A stretch of 64,000 nucleotides of DNA from Kaistia sp. (GTDB taxonomy: Bacteria > Pseudomonadota > Alphaproteobacteria > Rhizobiales > Kaistiaceae): NCBI GenBank assembly GCA_035555375.1, contig DATMGR010000032.1:251292-315291 (forward strand). Direction: 5' to 3'. Both the position numbers and the translations under genes were made by a program. The notes below the pieces were generated by a model. That model was not told the DNA's origin. It did not search any database and was given only the letters and a program-made list of their open reading frames with translations. Shown one piece after another: positions 41,319 to 53,055 of this stretch. Each line of letters starts with the position of its first letter. Position 1 is the first letter of the stretch.

Positions 41319-41437
41319 CAATCATGAGCAATCACAAACAATCATATTGCGTCGCAGTATGCCTAAATATCCAGCTGTTGCGGCGCGATATCTCTGTGCT
41401 GCGACGCAGTATAAATGGTTTTGATCGAAATTGATTG
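41319..41437. promoter_or_regulatory. Divergent rha control region with phased CAATCA repeats (probable RhaR operators)
   Basis: CAATCA at 41319, 41329 and 41339; inverted TGATCG and TGATTG at 41422 and 41432. Confidence 0.7.
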
Positions 41438-41482
41438 ACAAGGTTCGGCCTGACTGCAAGATCAGCCGGTCTGGGAGGGCAC

Positions 41483-42288
41483 ATGCACGAAATCGAGCGC
41501 CAGCGGATCATTCTGAGCGAGATCGCCGACCGCCCGGTCGTGACGGTCGGCCAGTTGGTCGAGCTGACGGGCGCCTCCGAGGCGACCATCCGCCGCGACA
41601 TCAACGCGCTCCACCAGGACGGCAAGCTGCACAAGGTGCGCGGCGGCGCCGAGGCGCTGCATCCGCCGCAGCTGGTCGGGATCGGCGGGCGCCACTTCGC
41701 GGTCAGCGAGCAGATGAACGTTGCCCAGAAGCGCGCCATCGCCAAGGCCGCGGTCGATCTTTGCGAGGATGGCGATTCCATCATCATCAATGGCGGCACC
41801 ACCACCTTCCAGATGGTGGATCATCTCGCCAGCCGCCGCATGCAGATCCTGACCAATTCCTTCGCCATCGCCGAAACGCTGGTCCACACCTCGAAGAACA
41901 CGATCATCCTGCCGGGCGGCGCGGTCTATCGCGAACAGAGCCTGATCCTGTCGCCGTTCGAGAACGACGTGACGCGAAATTTCTATGCCCGGCGGATGTT
42001 CATGAGCGCGCAGGGCGTCAGCCCGATCGGCATCATGGAAGGCGATCCGCTGCTCATCCAGGCCGAGCAGAAGCTGATCAACCAGGCCGACGAGCTGATC
42101 CTGCTGCTGGATTCATCGAAATTCGAGCGGCGCTCCTCGCTCATCCTCTGCGCGCTCGACCGCGTCGGCATGATCATCACGGACAATGGCATCAAGAACA
42201 GCGACGCCAAGCTGATCGGCGAGGCCGGCGTGCGCCTCCTGGTCGTCGAGCCCGATCCGAACGACGTCTCCGAGGCAATGGGAACGCC

Positions 42289-42292
<4 letters not shown>
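41483..42292 (+). CDS. rhaR: DeoR family regulator RhaR
   Basis: MHEIERQRIIL, SEATIRRD, IINGGTTT, YREQSLILSPF; divergent from rhaD. Confidence 0.9.
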
Positions 42293-43847
<1,555 letters not shown>

Positions 43848-43851
<4 letters not shown>

Positions 43852-44834
43852 GCCTCGATATCGCCGCGCCGCGCCGGTCGGCCTCGACGGGCATCCTCGC
43901 CCGAACGATCAGCACCTATGGCCAGGAATTCATCATCCTTGCGGCCATTGTCGCGCTGTTCGTGGTCGTCGGCCTGATCGCGCCCCGCTTCGTCAGCCAG
44001 ACCAACCTCACCAGCATCTTCAGCGGCAACGCCTATATCGCCGTCGCGGCGATTGGCATGTCGATGGTGATCATCTCGGGCCATATCGACGTTTCCGTCG
44101 GATCATTGATCGGCGTGCTGGCCACGATCGCCGGAACGCTCGCGGTCAATGGCTATCCGATCTGGTTCGCCTGGTGCGCGCCGATCGCGGTCGGCATGGT
44201 CATCACCTCGCTGATCGGCGTGCTCGTTGCCTATGTGCGCATCCCCTCGATCGTGGTAACGCTCGGCATGTTGTCCATTCTCAAGGGCGGCCTGATCAGC
44301 GTGACCGGCGGCGCCTGGATCACCAACCTGCCGCCGGACTTCCTGATCGCGCAGTTCCGCCTGTTCGGCGTGCCCTCGCCGGTCTGGTTCATGCTCGGCC
44401 TCACCATCGTCGCAGCGATCTTCATGCGCTACACCGCCTTCGGCCGGTCGATCTATGCGATCGGCGGCAATGCCGAGGCGGCGCGCGTCGCCGGCATCCG
44501 CGTCGAGCGCCAGACGGTCGCGATCTTCGCCATCCACGGCTTCTTCGCCGGCATCGCAGCGATCCTGTTCGCGACGCAGCTGCAGGTCATTCAGTCGACC
44601 GTGCCGGCGGGCCTCGAACTCACCGTCATCACCGCCTCGGTGGTCGGCGGCGTCTCGATCCTTGGCGGAACCGGAACCGTCGTCGGCTCGACACTTGCCG
44701 CCATTCTCTTCGCCGCGATCGGCTCCTCGCTGATCTTCCTCAATGTCTCGGCCTATTGGCTGCGCTCGGTGCAGGGTCTCCTGATCCTCGCCACCGTTCT
44801 CGCCGACATGGCCCGCCGCCGCGGGGTCAAGTGA
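43848..44834 (+). CDS. Sugar ABC transporter permease
   Basis: ISGHIDVSVGS, GRSIYAIGGNAEAA, VVGGVSILGG. Confidence 0.92.
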
Positions 44835-44839
44835 TCGCC

Positions 44840-45790
44840 ATGACCATGACGCTCCGTTCCTTCCTGCGCCACGAGGCGGTGCTCGGCCTGATGCTGGTCA
44901 TCGTGCTGTTCCTTCTTGCCCAGCAGTCCGACAAATTCTTCACGACGGCCAATATCCTGAACCAGGGCCGCCTGATGACGGAAGTCGGGCTGATCGCCCT
45001 GCCGATGACCTTCGTCATCATCACCGGCGGCATCGATCTGTCGGTCGGGTCGATCCTCGGCCTCTGCGCGATCCTGCTCGGCGTGTTCTGGCACAATCTC
45101 GGCCTGCCGCTGCCGGTCGCCATGGTGCTGGCGATCGTCGTCGGCGGCATCGCCGGGCTGATCAACGGGCTGATCATCACGCGCTTCAAGGTTCCGCCGC
45201 TGATCGCGACGCTGGCGACCCTCGCGCTCTATCGCGGCCTTGCCGAAGGCATCAGCCAGGCGCGCTCCGTGCGCGGTTATCCGGACTGGTTCTTCGTGCT
45301 CGGCCAGGGCGAGGTGCTCGGCGTGCCGACCCAGCTCTGGATCCTCGTCATCTTCGCGATCATCGCCGCGGCGATCCTTGGCCTCACCACCTTCGGCCGC
45401 GCCACCTATGCCGTCGGCGCCAACGAGACCGCCGCGCGCTTCTCGGGCATCAATGTCGATCGCACCAAGCTGCTGATCTATACCGGCGCCGGCCTGATCT
45501 CTGGCCTCGCCGCGGTGATCTTCGTCTCGCGCGTCTCGACGACGCGCTCCGACATGGGCACGGGCGTGGAGCTCGACGTCATCACGGCGGTGGTGCTCGG
45601 CGGCACGTCGATCTTCGGCGGGCGCGGCACCATCATCGGCACGGCGGTCGGCCTGATCCTTGTGCAGGCACTCAAGAACGGTCTCGCGCTCTCGGGCGTC
45701 AAGGGTGACGGCACGATCGTCGTCATCGGCCTTGTCCTGATCCTCGCCATCCTGGCGACCAACCTCTTCAGCCGCAACGGCGACGGCTGA
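44840..45790 (+). CDS. Sugar ABC transporter permease
   Basis: TGGIDLSVGS, GRATYAVGANETAA, VLGGTSIFGG; alternative GTG start at 44831. Confidence 0.92.
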   Translation: MTMTLRSFLRHEAVLGLMLVIVLFLLAQQSDKFFTTANILNQGRLMTEVGLIALPMTFVIITGGIDLSVGSILGLCAILLGVFWHNLGLPLPVAMVLAIVVGGIAGLINGLIITRFKVPPLIATLATLALYRGLAEGISQARSVRGYPDWFFVLGQGEVLGVPTQLWILVIFAIIAAAILGLTTFGRATYAVGANETAARFSGINVDRTKLLIYTGAGLISGLAAVIFVSRVSTTRSDMGTGVELDVITAVVLGGTSIFGGRGTIIGTAVGLILVQALKNGLALSGVKGDGTIVVIGLVLILAILATNLFSRNGDG

Positions 45791-45864
45791 TCGCATACCG
45801 ACTGCGGAAGAAGGAGCCTCGCCGACAACGGCTCCACCGAAACGTGTTCGAGGAGGAGATGAAC

Positions 45865-46965
45865 ATGAAGAAGACATTGTTGCTCGCAGCTGGCCTGGTC
45901 CTGGCCAGCTCCGCGTCCTACGCAGCGACCTGGACCGGCGGCGACGAGCTGCCGACCAATCCGCTCGCTTGCGACGCCACCCCCGGCACCGTCTCCGCCA
46001 AGCCCTATGATGGCGGCGTCCCGACCAATCCGCCGGATCGCAACGGCAAGAAGATCACCGTTGTCGACATTCCGAAGCTGATCGGCATCGGCTATTTCAA
46101 TGCCACGTCGAAGGGCATCGCCGACGCCGCCAAGGAACTTGGCAACATGGATGCCAAGACCGACGGCCCGACCAAGGCGAATATCGACGAGCAGATCACC
46201 TTCATCGACAACTATGTGACCTCGGGCGTCGATGGCATCCTGTTCGCCGCCAATGATCCCGTCGCGATCGCACCCGTGCTGAAGAAAGCACTCGCAGCCG
46301 GCATCAATGTCGTCGGCTACGACGCCAATTCGACCCCCGACGCCCGCCAGTGGTTCGTCAACCAGGCCGAGTTCAACGGCATCGGCAAGGCGATGATCGA
46401 TTCGCTCGCCAAGGAAATCGGCGAAGACGGTTCGTTCGCCATCGTCACCTCGACCTTCACCACGCCGAACCAGGCGCGCTGGATCGCCGAGATGGGCGCC
46501 TATGCTGAGAAGTGCCATCCGAACCTCAAATGGCTGGAGACGGTCGAGGCCCAGGAGGACAACGTCCTTTCGTTCAACCAGGCCACCACGCTGATCAACA
46601 AGTATGGTGACCAGCTGAAGGGCATCGTCGGCATGACCTCTGTCGCGACCCCGGCTTCGGCCGAGGCCGTCACGCAGGCCGGCCAGTGCGGCAAGGTCGC
46701 CGTCGTCGGCCTCGCCACGCCGAACGCGATGAAGCCCTATGTCGAAAAGGACTGCGTCAAGTCGGTGGTCCTGTGGAACCCCGTCGACCTCGGCTATGCA
46801 GCGGCCTATGTGCTGCGCGCCGCGGCTGACGGCACGCTGAAGCCCGGCGACACGTCGGTGAAGGCCGGCAAGCTCGGCGACCTCCAGGTCGTCAACGGCT
46901 CCGAGATCCTGCTCGGCGCGCCGTTCGTGTTCGACAAGGCCAATATCGGCCAGTTCGACTTCTAG
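45865..46965 (+). CDS. Sugar ABC substrate-binding protein (LsrB/RhaS-like)
   Basis: SD AGGAGGAG; signal peptide; IPKLIGIGYF, GYDAN, TPNQARW, LWNPVDLGY; ends FDF. Confidence 0.9.
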   Translation: MKKTLLLAAGLVLASSASYAATWTGGDELPTNPLACDATPGTVSAKPYDGGVPTNPPDRNGKKITVVDIPKLIGIGYFNATSKGIADAAKELGNMDAKTDGPTKANIDEQITFIDNYVTSGVDGILFAANDPVAIAPVLKKALAAGINVVGYDANSTPDARQWFVNQAEFNGIGKAMIDSLAKEIGEDGSFAIVTSTFTTPNQARWIAEMGAYAEKCHPNLKWLETVEAQEDNVLSFNQATTLINKYGDQLKGIVGMTSVATPASAEAVTQAGQCGKVAVVGLATPNAMKPYVEKDCVKSVVLWNPVDLGYAAAYVLRAAADGTLKPGDTSVKAGKLGDLQVVNGSEILLGAPFVFDKANIGQFDF

Positions 46966-46981
46966 TTCGGACCGACTACCG

Positions 46982-47013
46982 CGCGAGGCATGGCGAACCC
47001 ATGCCTCGCGTTT
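46982..47013 (+). terminator. Hairpin after the SBP gene (partial terminator or mRNA stabiliser)
   Basis: CGCGAGGCATGG-cgaac-CCATGCCTCGCG-TTT. Confidence 0.65.
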
Positions 47014-47026
47014 CCATGCCAGCCAG

Positions 47027-48100
47027 ATGCGGAGAAGGGATGTGGCCGGTCCATCGCGCCTCGAAGCGCTCGTCGCCCTGTCGGCCCGCCTCGGCCGGGA
47101 CCCTTTGAAGACGCAGGCCGCAGGCGGGAATACGTCGCTGAAACTAGGCGAAGCGCTCTGGATCAAGGCATCCGGCACCTGGCTTGCCGAGGCCGAGACG
47201 CGCGACATCTTCCTGCCAGTCGCGCTTGCGCCGCTTCGCGCCGCCATCGAATCCAATGACCCGCGCGCCGCCAAGGCGACCGATTTCGTCGTCGCGGAGG
47301 ACAATCCGCTCGGGCTTCGCCCATCGGTCGAGACCTCGGTGCACGCGGTATTCCCGTTTGCCGTCGTCCTGCATGTCCACTGCATCGAGACCGTGGCGCT
47401 TGCGGTCCGCGCCGATGCAGCCGCGGTCATCGCCGACCGGCTCCGATCGCTGGACGATGTCGTCCACTGCCATATCCCCTATCTGAAGCCCGGCCTGCCG
47501 CTCGCCCGTGCCATCCAGGCCACGGCCCGCCTCGCCACCAATGTCGTGACGCTCGGCAATCACGGCCTCGTCGTCGCGGCCGATGATGTCGAGGCGGCCG
47601 GCGCCCTGCTCCAGCGTGTCTCGAAGGCACTTGCCTCTCCGGTACGCGCCGCGCCGCCGGCCGATACCGCGGCCCTCGCCGCGCTTGCCGATGGCTCCGA
47701 CTGGCGCCTTCCCGCCGATCCGCTCGCCCATGCCACCGCGACCGACCCGAGCCGGCTCGCGATCGCGCGACAGGGTTCGCTCTATCCCGATCACGTCGTC
47801 TTTCTCGGCAGCGCCGTTGCCGTCCTCGCTGAAGGCACCAGGCCAGCCGAGTTCGTCAGCGAGGCAGCCGTCCCGCAAATGCTGCTGGCGGTTCCGGGCA
47901 AGGGCGTGCTGATCCATCGCGACGTCCTGCGCGGCGGTGATGATCTCGCCCGCGCTCTCGCCGAGGTCACGGGCCGGATCCCCGAGAACACTTCGCTCCG
48001 CGTTCTTTCCGTCGACGAGGAGCGCGAACTGTTCAACTGGGACGCCGAGATCTACCGGCGCGCGCTCGCCGCAACGACCTTGGCATCGCCGCAGCCATGA
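47027..48100 (+). CDS. Stand-alone class II aldolase/adducin family protein
   Basis: AGGNTS, IKASG, RPSVETSVH, HVH, LGNHG, LYPDHVVFLG; alternative GTG start at 47042. Confidence 0.87.
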   Translation: MRRRDVAGPSRLEALVALSARLGRDPLKTQAAGGNTSLKLGEALWIKASGTWLAEAETRDIFLPVALAPLRAAIESNDPRAAKATDFVVAEDNPLGLRPSVETSVHAVFPFAVVLHVHCIETVALAVRADAAAVIADRLRSLDDVVHCHIPYLKPGLPLARAIQATARLATNVVTLGNHGLVVAADDVEAAGALLQRVSKALASPVRAAPPADTAALAALADGSDWRLPADPLAHATATDPSRLAIARQGSLYPDHVVFLGSAVAVLAEGTRPAEFVSEAAVPQMLLAVPGKGVLIHRDVLRGGDDLARALAEVTGRIPENTSLRVLSVDEERELFNWDAEIYRRALAATTLASPQP

Positions 48101-49476
48101 CAACGAAACCGGCCGCCATCGCCGTTCTCGACATCGGCAAGTCGAACACCAAGCTCGCGCTCATCGATCGCGGCAGCGGCGCCATCCTGTCGATGCGCAC
48201 GATGAAGAATATCGTCCTCGCCGGGCCGCCCTACCCGCATTTCGATGTCGAGACGATCTGGGCATGGCTGATCGCTGGCCTCGCCGAGGCGAGCCCGACC
48301 ATCGATGTCGAGGTCATCGCCGTCACGACGCATGGCGCCGCGATCGCCGTGCTGGACGAGGACGGCCTGGCGCTTCCCGTGCTCGACTATGAGCATCCTG
48401 GCCCGGACGCCGTGGCGGAGGCCTATCGCGCGGTGCGCGGTGAGTTCGCCGAGATTCTGTCGCCCGACCTCCCCAGCGGGCTCAATGCCGGGCGCCAGCT
48501 CTTCTGGCTCGCGCGGACTTTTCCGGATGAATTTGCCCGAGCGACCACGATCCTGCCCTATCCGCAATACTGGGTCTGGCGGCTGACGGGCCGGCGCGTC
48601 GCCGAACCGACCTCGTTCGGCGCGCATTCCGACCTCTGGAACGCCGCCGCCGCGAACTATTCCAGCCTTGCCATGCGCGAAGGCTGGGCGACCCTGTTGC
48701 CGCCCCGGATCGCGCCCTGGGACGACGTCGGCCCCGTCCTGCCCGAGATCGCCGCGGCTGCGCGACTGCCGGCGCGCTGCCGTGTCGTCGCCGGCATCCA
48801 TGACAGCAATGCCAGCCTGCTGCCGCATATCCTGTCGCGCCCGCTGCCCTTCGCCGTCATATCGACCGGCACCTGGATGATCACCTTTGCCGCCGGCGGC
48901 AGTCTCGATCGTCTCGACCCGACCCGCGGCGGCCTCGCTTATGTCGATGCCTTTGCAAGGCCGGTGCCGTCCACCATGTCGATGACGGGCCGCGAATTCG
49001 AGATCCTGACTGGCGGGCGCGCCAGCGCTCCGAGCGACGATGAGATCACCCGCGTTCTCGACGAGCGGATCATGGCGCTGCCCGGCTTTGTTCCCGGCGC
49101 CGGCCCCTATGGCCAGCGACAGGGCCGCTGGTCGCACGATCCCGCGACGCTGACGGATGGCGAGCGGACGGCCGCGGCGAGCCTCTACGCCGCCCTTGTC
49201 GCCGAGACCTCGCTGCGGCTCGCAGGCGCCGAAGGCCCGGTCCTGATCGAGGGCCCCCTCGCCAAGAGCCCGCTCTTCCTTGCGGCGCTCGCGGCGCTGG
49301 TCGAGCGACCCGTGATTGGCCGTCCCGACGCCACCGGCACGACGGAAGGCGCAGCGCTCCTCGCCGACGGGCCCGAACGCGCGCGCCAGGGCGCCGCCGA
49401 TCCCGCACCGGCGGCTCCGCTTGGCGGCAGCTTTGCTGCCTATGCGGCGGACTGGCGGGCCGCGGCCGGCGACTGA
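48097..49476 (+). CDS. FGGY family carbohydrate kinase, RhaK-like (divergent copy)
   Basis: LDIGKSNTK, TTHGA, PYPQYW, GIHDSNASL, ISTGTW; ATGA coupling to the aldolase. Confidence 0.88.
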   Translation: MTTKPAAIAVLDIGKSNTKLALIDRGSGAILSMRTMKNIVLAGPPYPHFDVETIWAWLIAGLAEASPTIDVEVIAVTTHGAAIAVLDEDGLALPVLDYEHPGPDAVAEAYRAVRGEFAEILSPDLPSGLNAGRQLFWLARTFPDEFARATTILPYPQYWVWRLTGRRVAEPTSFGAHSDLWNAAAANYSSLAMREGWATLLPPRIAPWDDVGPVLPEIAAAARLPARCRVVAGIHDSNASLLPHILSRPLPFAVISTGTWMITFAAGGSLDRLDPTRGGLAYVDAFARPVPSTMSMTGREFEILTGGRASAPSDDEITRVLDERIMALPGFVPGAGPYGQRQGRWSHDPATLTDGERTAAASLYAALVAETSLRLAGAEGPVLIEGPLAKSPLFLAALAALVERPVIGRPDATGTTEGAALLADGPERARQGAADPAPAAPLGGSFAAYAADWRAAAGD

Positions 49477-49547
49477 CGATCCGCTGCGGCGACGCCGCGT
49501 CCGAATCCGGCTATCCTGCCACCTCGTTTCACGGCAAGCAGGTTCCA

Positions 49548-50921
49548 ATGTCGCTTCCCGAAAGCACCGTCGTCCTCGATATCGGCAAGACCAACGCCAA
49601 GCTGGCGCTGGTCGATGCCGCGACGCGCGCGATCATCGACATCCGCACGACGGCGAACGAGGTTCTCCGCGACGGGCTCTATCCACATTTCGACACCGAC
49701 CGCATCTGGTCGTGGATCGTCGCCGGCCTAAAGGATTTTTCCGCCAAGGGCGCCGTCCGCTGCATTTCGACCACAACGCATGGCGCCGCCATCGCGATCG
49801 TCGGTCCCGACGGTCTGGTGCTGCCAATCCTCGACTATGAATATGCAGGCCCCTCGTCCATCGACGAGGCCTATCGGCCGCTCCGAGGCGCGTTCTGGGA
49901 GACGCTGTCGCCCGATCTGCCGGGCGGGCTCAACGCCGGCAGGCAGCTCTATTGGCTCGAGGAGACATTTCCCTCCGCCTTTGGTCGCGCCAGGGCCATC
50001 CTGCCCTATCCGCAATATTGGGTCTGGCGGCTCAGCGGCGCCCTGGTCAGCGAACCAACCTCGCTCGGCTGCCACAGCGATCTCTGGAATCCCGAAGCCG
50101 GCACATTCTCGCGCCTCGCCGAGGATCGCGGCTGGTCGAAGCTGATTCCGCCGGTCGTGCATCCATGGGATACCGCCGGAACCCTTCGCCCGGCGCTCGC
50201 CGAAAAGACCGGGCTGCCGGCGGATTGCCGCGTCGTCGCCGGCATTCATGACAGCAATGCCAGCCTGCTGCCGCATATCCTGCGACGCAGAACGCCGTTC
50301 ACCGTGCTCTCGACGGGCACATGGCTGATCGTGTTCGCGCTCGGCGGCTCGATGGCCCATCTCGACCCGGCGCGCGATTGCCTCGCCAATGTCGACGCTT
50401 TCGGCCGGCCGGTGCCCTCCGCGCGCTTCATGGCCGGGCGCGAATTCGAGCGCCTGACCGAGGGCGCCAAGGCCGAACCCGGCGAAGACGGCGTCGCGTC
50501 GGTTGTCGCCAAGGGCGCGATGGCCCTGCCCTCCTTTGCCCCGGGCACAGGCCCTTATGCCTTCCTGGAAGGCCGCTGGACGGTCGATCCGGCGACGTTG
50601 ACACCGGGCGAACGGATCGCCGCGGCAAGCCTTTATTGCGCGCTGGTCGCCAGCACATGCATGACGCTGACCAGCGCCGCCGGGCCGATCATCGTCGAGG
50701 GACCGCTGTCGCGGAACCGCTTCTTCCTGTCGGCGCTCGCCACGATCGCCGACCGCCCGGTCATTGCGCGCGCCGACGCGACCGGCACGACGGAAGGCGC
50801 GGCGCTGCTTGCCGACGGCCCCGACGGCGCCGGGCCAGGCGCCCCGGATCCCGCGCCAACGGCACCGCTTGCCACCGACATTGCGGCCTATGTCGCCGCC
50901 TGGCGCGCAGCGCTCGACTGA
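49548..50921 (+). CDS. rhaK: FGGY family carbohydrate kinase, RhaK-like
   Basis: LDIGKTNAK, TTHGA, PYPQYW, GIHDSNASL, STGTW, PVPSARFMAGREF. Confidence 0.82.
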   Translation: MSLPESTVVLDIGKTNAKLALVDAATRAIIDIRTTANEVLRDGLYPHFDTDRIWSWIVAGLKDFSAKGAVRCISTTTHGAAIAIVGPDGLVLPILDYEYAGPSSIDEAYRPLRGAFWETLSPDLPGGLNAGRQLYWLEETFPSAFGRARAILPYPQYWVWRLSGALVSEPTSLGCHSDLWNPEAGTFSRLAEDRGWSKLIPPVVHPWDTAGTLRPALAEKTGLPADCRVVAGIHDSNASLLPHILRRRTPFTVLSTGTWLIVFALGGSMAHLDPARDCLANVDAFGRPVPSARFMAGREFERLTEGAKAEPGEDGVASVVAKGAMALPSFAPGTGPYAFLEGRWTVDPATLTPGERIAAASLYCALVASTCMTLTSAAGPIIVEGPLSRNRFFLSALATIADRPVIARADATGTTEGAALLADGPDGAGPGAPDPAPTAPLATDIAAYVAAWRAALD

Positions 50922-50989
50922 GACGCTGGCGCGACAGCCCCGCGCGCTTCGTGCTACGTGATGTCCAGTCCGTTCCTGGGGGAGCCTGG

Positions 50990-52546
50990 ATGATGTCGCG
51001 CAGAAGCTTGTCAATCATCGCGGGGACCGCCGCATCCGCCCTTGTCCTGCCAGGCGGCTTCGCGCAGGCCGCTGACACGGCACCGGTCACACGCGCCGAG
51101 GTCGAGGCGGTCCTGCCGCAGTTCGAGCAACTGGTGCAGCAGGCGATTGCCGAGGGTCAGGTTCCCGGTCTTTCGATCGCCATCGTCGCCGCGGACGAGG
51201 TCGTCTATCTCAAGGGCTTCGGCCTGCGCGAAGTCGGCAAACCCGAGGCGGTCGATGCCGACACCGTCTTTCAGCTCGCCTCGTTTTCGAAGCCGATCTC
51301 CTCAACGGTGGTGGCCGCGGTCGTCGGCGATGGCAAGATCGGCTGGGACGCGAAGATCGCGGATCTCGATCCGTCGTTCCGCCTGTCCGAGGCCTGGCCG
51401 AGCGCAAATCTGACCGTCACCGATCTCTTTTCGCATCGGAGCGGCCTGCCGGGCAATGCCGGCAACGAACTCGAAAGCCTCGGTTTCGACCAGAAGACTA
51501 TTCTGGAACGCCTCAGCCAGGTGCCGCTCGACGGCTTCCGCTCGAATTACTCCTACAGCAATTTCGGGATCACCGAAGGCGCGGCCGCTGTGGCGAAAGC
51601 CGAGGGCATGGACTGGGCCGACCTTGCGGAGACGCGGCTCTACAAGCCCCTCGGCATGACGGCCACCTCCTCGCGCTACGCCGATTTCCTGAAGCAGCCC
51701 GACCGCGCCGTCCTGCATATCGGCGCGATCGGCGCGTGGAAGCCCGGGCCGGCCCGCGAACCCGATGCGCAAGCGCCGGCCGGCGGCGTTTCCTCGACCG
51801 CCCGCGATCTCACAAAATGGCTGCGGCTCGAACTTTCGGGCGGCAGCTTCGATGGCAAGCCACTGATCAATGCCGAGGCGCTCGCAGCAACGCATGTCCC
51901 GCTGATGCAGCGCGGCAAGAACCCGATCACCGGCGCATCTTCCTTCTATGGTCGCGGCTGGAATGTCGAATTCGGCCGCTATGGCCTCTCCTGGGGCCAT
52001 GCCGGCGCCTTCAGCAACGGCGCGCGCACGCTTGTCAGCATCCTGCCGGAGCGAGGGATCGGCGTGATCGTGCTCGCCAATGCCTTCCCGACCGGATTGC
52101 CCGAGGGCCTCACCGACTCGCTGTTCGACCTGATCTTCACCGGCAAGGTTCAGGAGGACTGGATCAAGAAGTGGGATACGGCCTATGCGGGGCTCTACGG
52201 CCCGATGATGGAGGCCGGCAAGGCCCGCTTCGCCCATTCGCCGGCGAATGCCGGTGCGGCCCTTCCGAACGAGGCCTATACCGGGCGCTACGCCAATGCC
52301 TATTTCGGAACGGCGGTCGTGAGCGCCGACAAGGATGGGCTGACGCTTGGCCTCGGTCCTGCAGGAGAAACGCGCTTTCCGCTTACGCATTTCGACCGCG
52401 ACCTGTTCCTGATGCATCCCGCCCCGGAAATGCCCGACTTCCCGTCAGCCGTGACCTTCAGCATCGGCTCTGATGGCAAGGCTGCATCGATCCAGATCGA
52501 AAGCCTCGACGATCTCGACTTCGGCACCTTGAAGCGAGCCGACTGA
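50990..52546 (+). CDS. Tat-exported serine hydrolase (class C beta-lactamase/PBP fold, DUF3471-like C-terminus)
   Basis: SRRSL Tat motif and AQA cleavage site; SxxK (ASFSK), YSN, HAG. Confidence 0.88.
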   Translation: MMSRRSLSIIAGTAASALVLPGGFAQAADTAPVTRAEVEAVLPQFEQLVQQAIAEGQVPGLSIAIVAADEVVYLKGFGLREVGKPEAVDADTVFQLASFSKPISSTVVAAVVGDGKIGWDAKIADLDPSFRLSEAWPSANLTVTDLFSHRSGLPGNAGNELESLGFDQKTILERLSQVPLDGFRSNYSYSNFGITEGAAAVAKAEGMDWADLAETRLYKPLGMTATSSRYADFLKQPDRAVLHIGAIGAWKPGPAREPDAQAPAGGVSSTARDLTKWLRLELSGGSFDGKPLINAEALAATHVPLMQRGKNPITGASSFYGRGWNVEFGRYGLSWGHAGAFSNGARTLVSILPERGIGVIVLANAFPTGLPEGLTDSLFDLIFTGKVQEDWIKKWDTAYAGLYGPMMEAGKARFAHSPANAGAALPNEAYTGRYANAYFGTAVVSADKDGLTLGLGPAGETRFPLTHFDRDLFLMHPAPEMPDFPSAVTFSIGSDGKAASIQIESLDDLDFGTLKRAD

Positions 52547-52653
52547 GCGCTGCGACCATACATTTATGTTTGGCTGACAGTCGGCTTTCCCGAATTCCGT
52601 TGATCGAAGCGTTCGGTGAAAGTGGTTCATCGCCAGCTTCACCGGAGTTACCG

Positions 52654-53055
52654 ATGCCAACAGCCAATCCATCCTTCAGCCCCGCCGTCGCCGGCATACC
52701 GCGCCGCCTGTTGCAGGCCGAGGGCGCTGCGTTGCTGGCGGCCGGTGCCATCGCCTATGCCCATCTCGGCGGCAGTTGGAGCGTCTTCGCCGCGCTGTTC
52801 CTCGCGCCCGATCTCTCGATGCTCGGCTATCTCAGCGGAAACCGGGTCGGTGCGGCACTCTACAACGCCGTCCATACGACGCTCGCCGCCTTCGCGCTCG
52901 GCGCGGCCGGCTATCTCCTCGGCGCGGGCTGGGCCATCGATGGCGCGCTGATCCTAGCCGCCCATATCGGCTTCGACCGCATGCTCGGCTACGGCCTCAA
53001 ATACGGCACCGCCTTCGGCGACACCCATCTCGGATCGAAGGGCAAAAGGCCCTAA
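52654..53055 (+). CDS. DUF4260 family membrane protein
   Basis: PDLSMLGY, YNAVH, HIGFDRMLGYGLKY, DTHLG. Confidence 0.85.
   Translation: MPTANPSFSPAVAGIPRRLLQAEGAALLAAGAIAYAHLGGSWSVFAALFLAPDLSMLGYLSGNRVGAALYNAVHTTLAAFALGAAGYLLGAGWAIDGALILAAHIGFDRMLGYGLKYGTAFGDTHLGSKGKRP

Noticed and set aside
41431-42288. Apparent 806-aa regulator-ATPase fusion
   Set aside because: The upstream part is an off-frame reading of rhaR; the ATPase starts at the ATGA overlap at 42289.
50990-52546. Beta-lactam resistance gene
   Set aside because: The fold is shared by many esterases and peptidases; the extra C-terminal domain and lack of an ampR context give no support.
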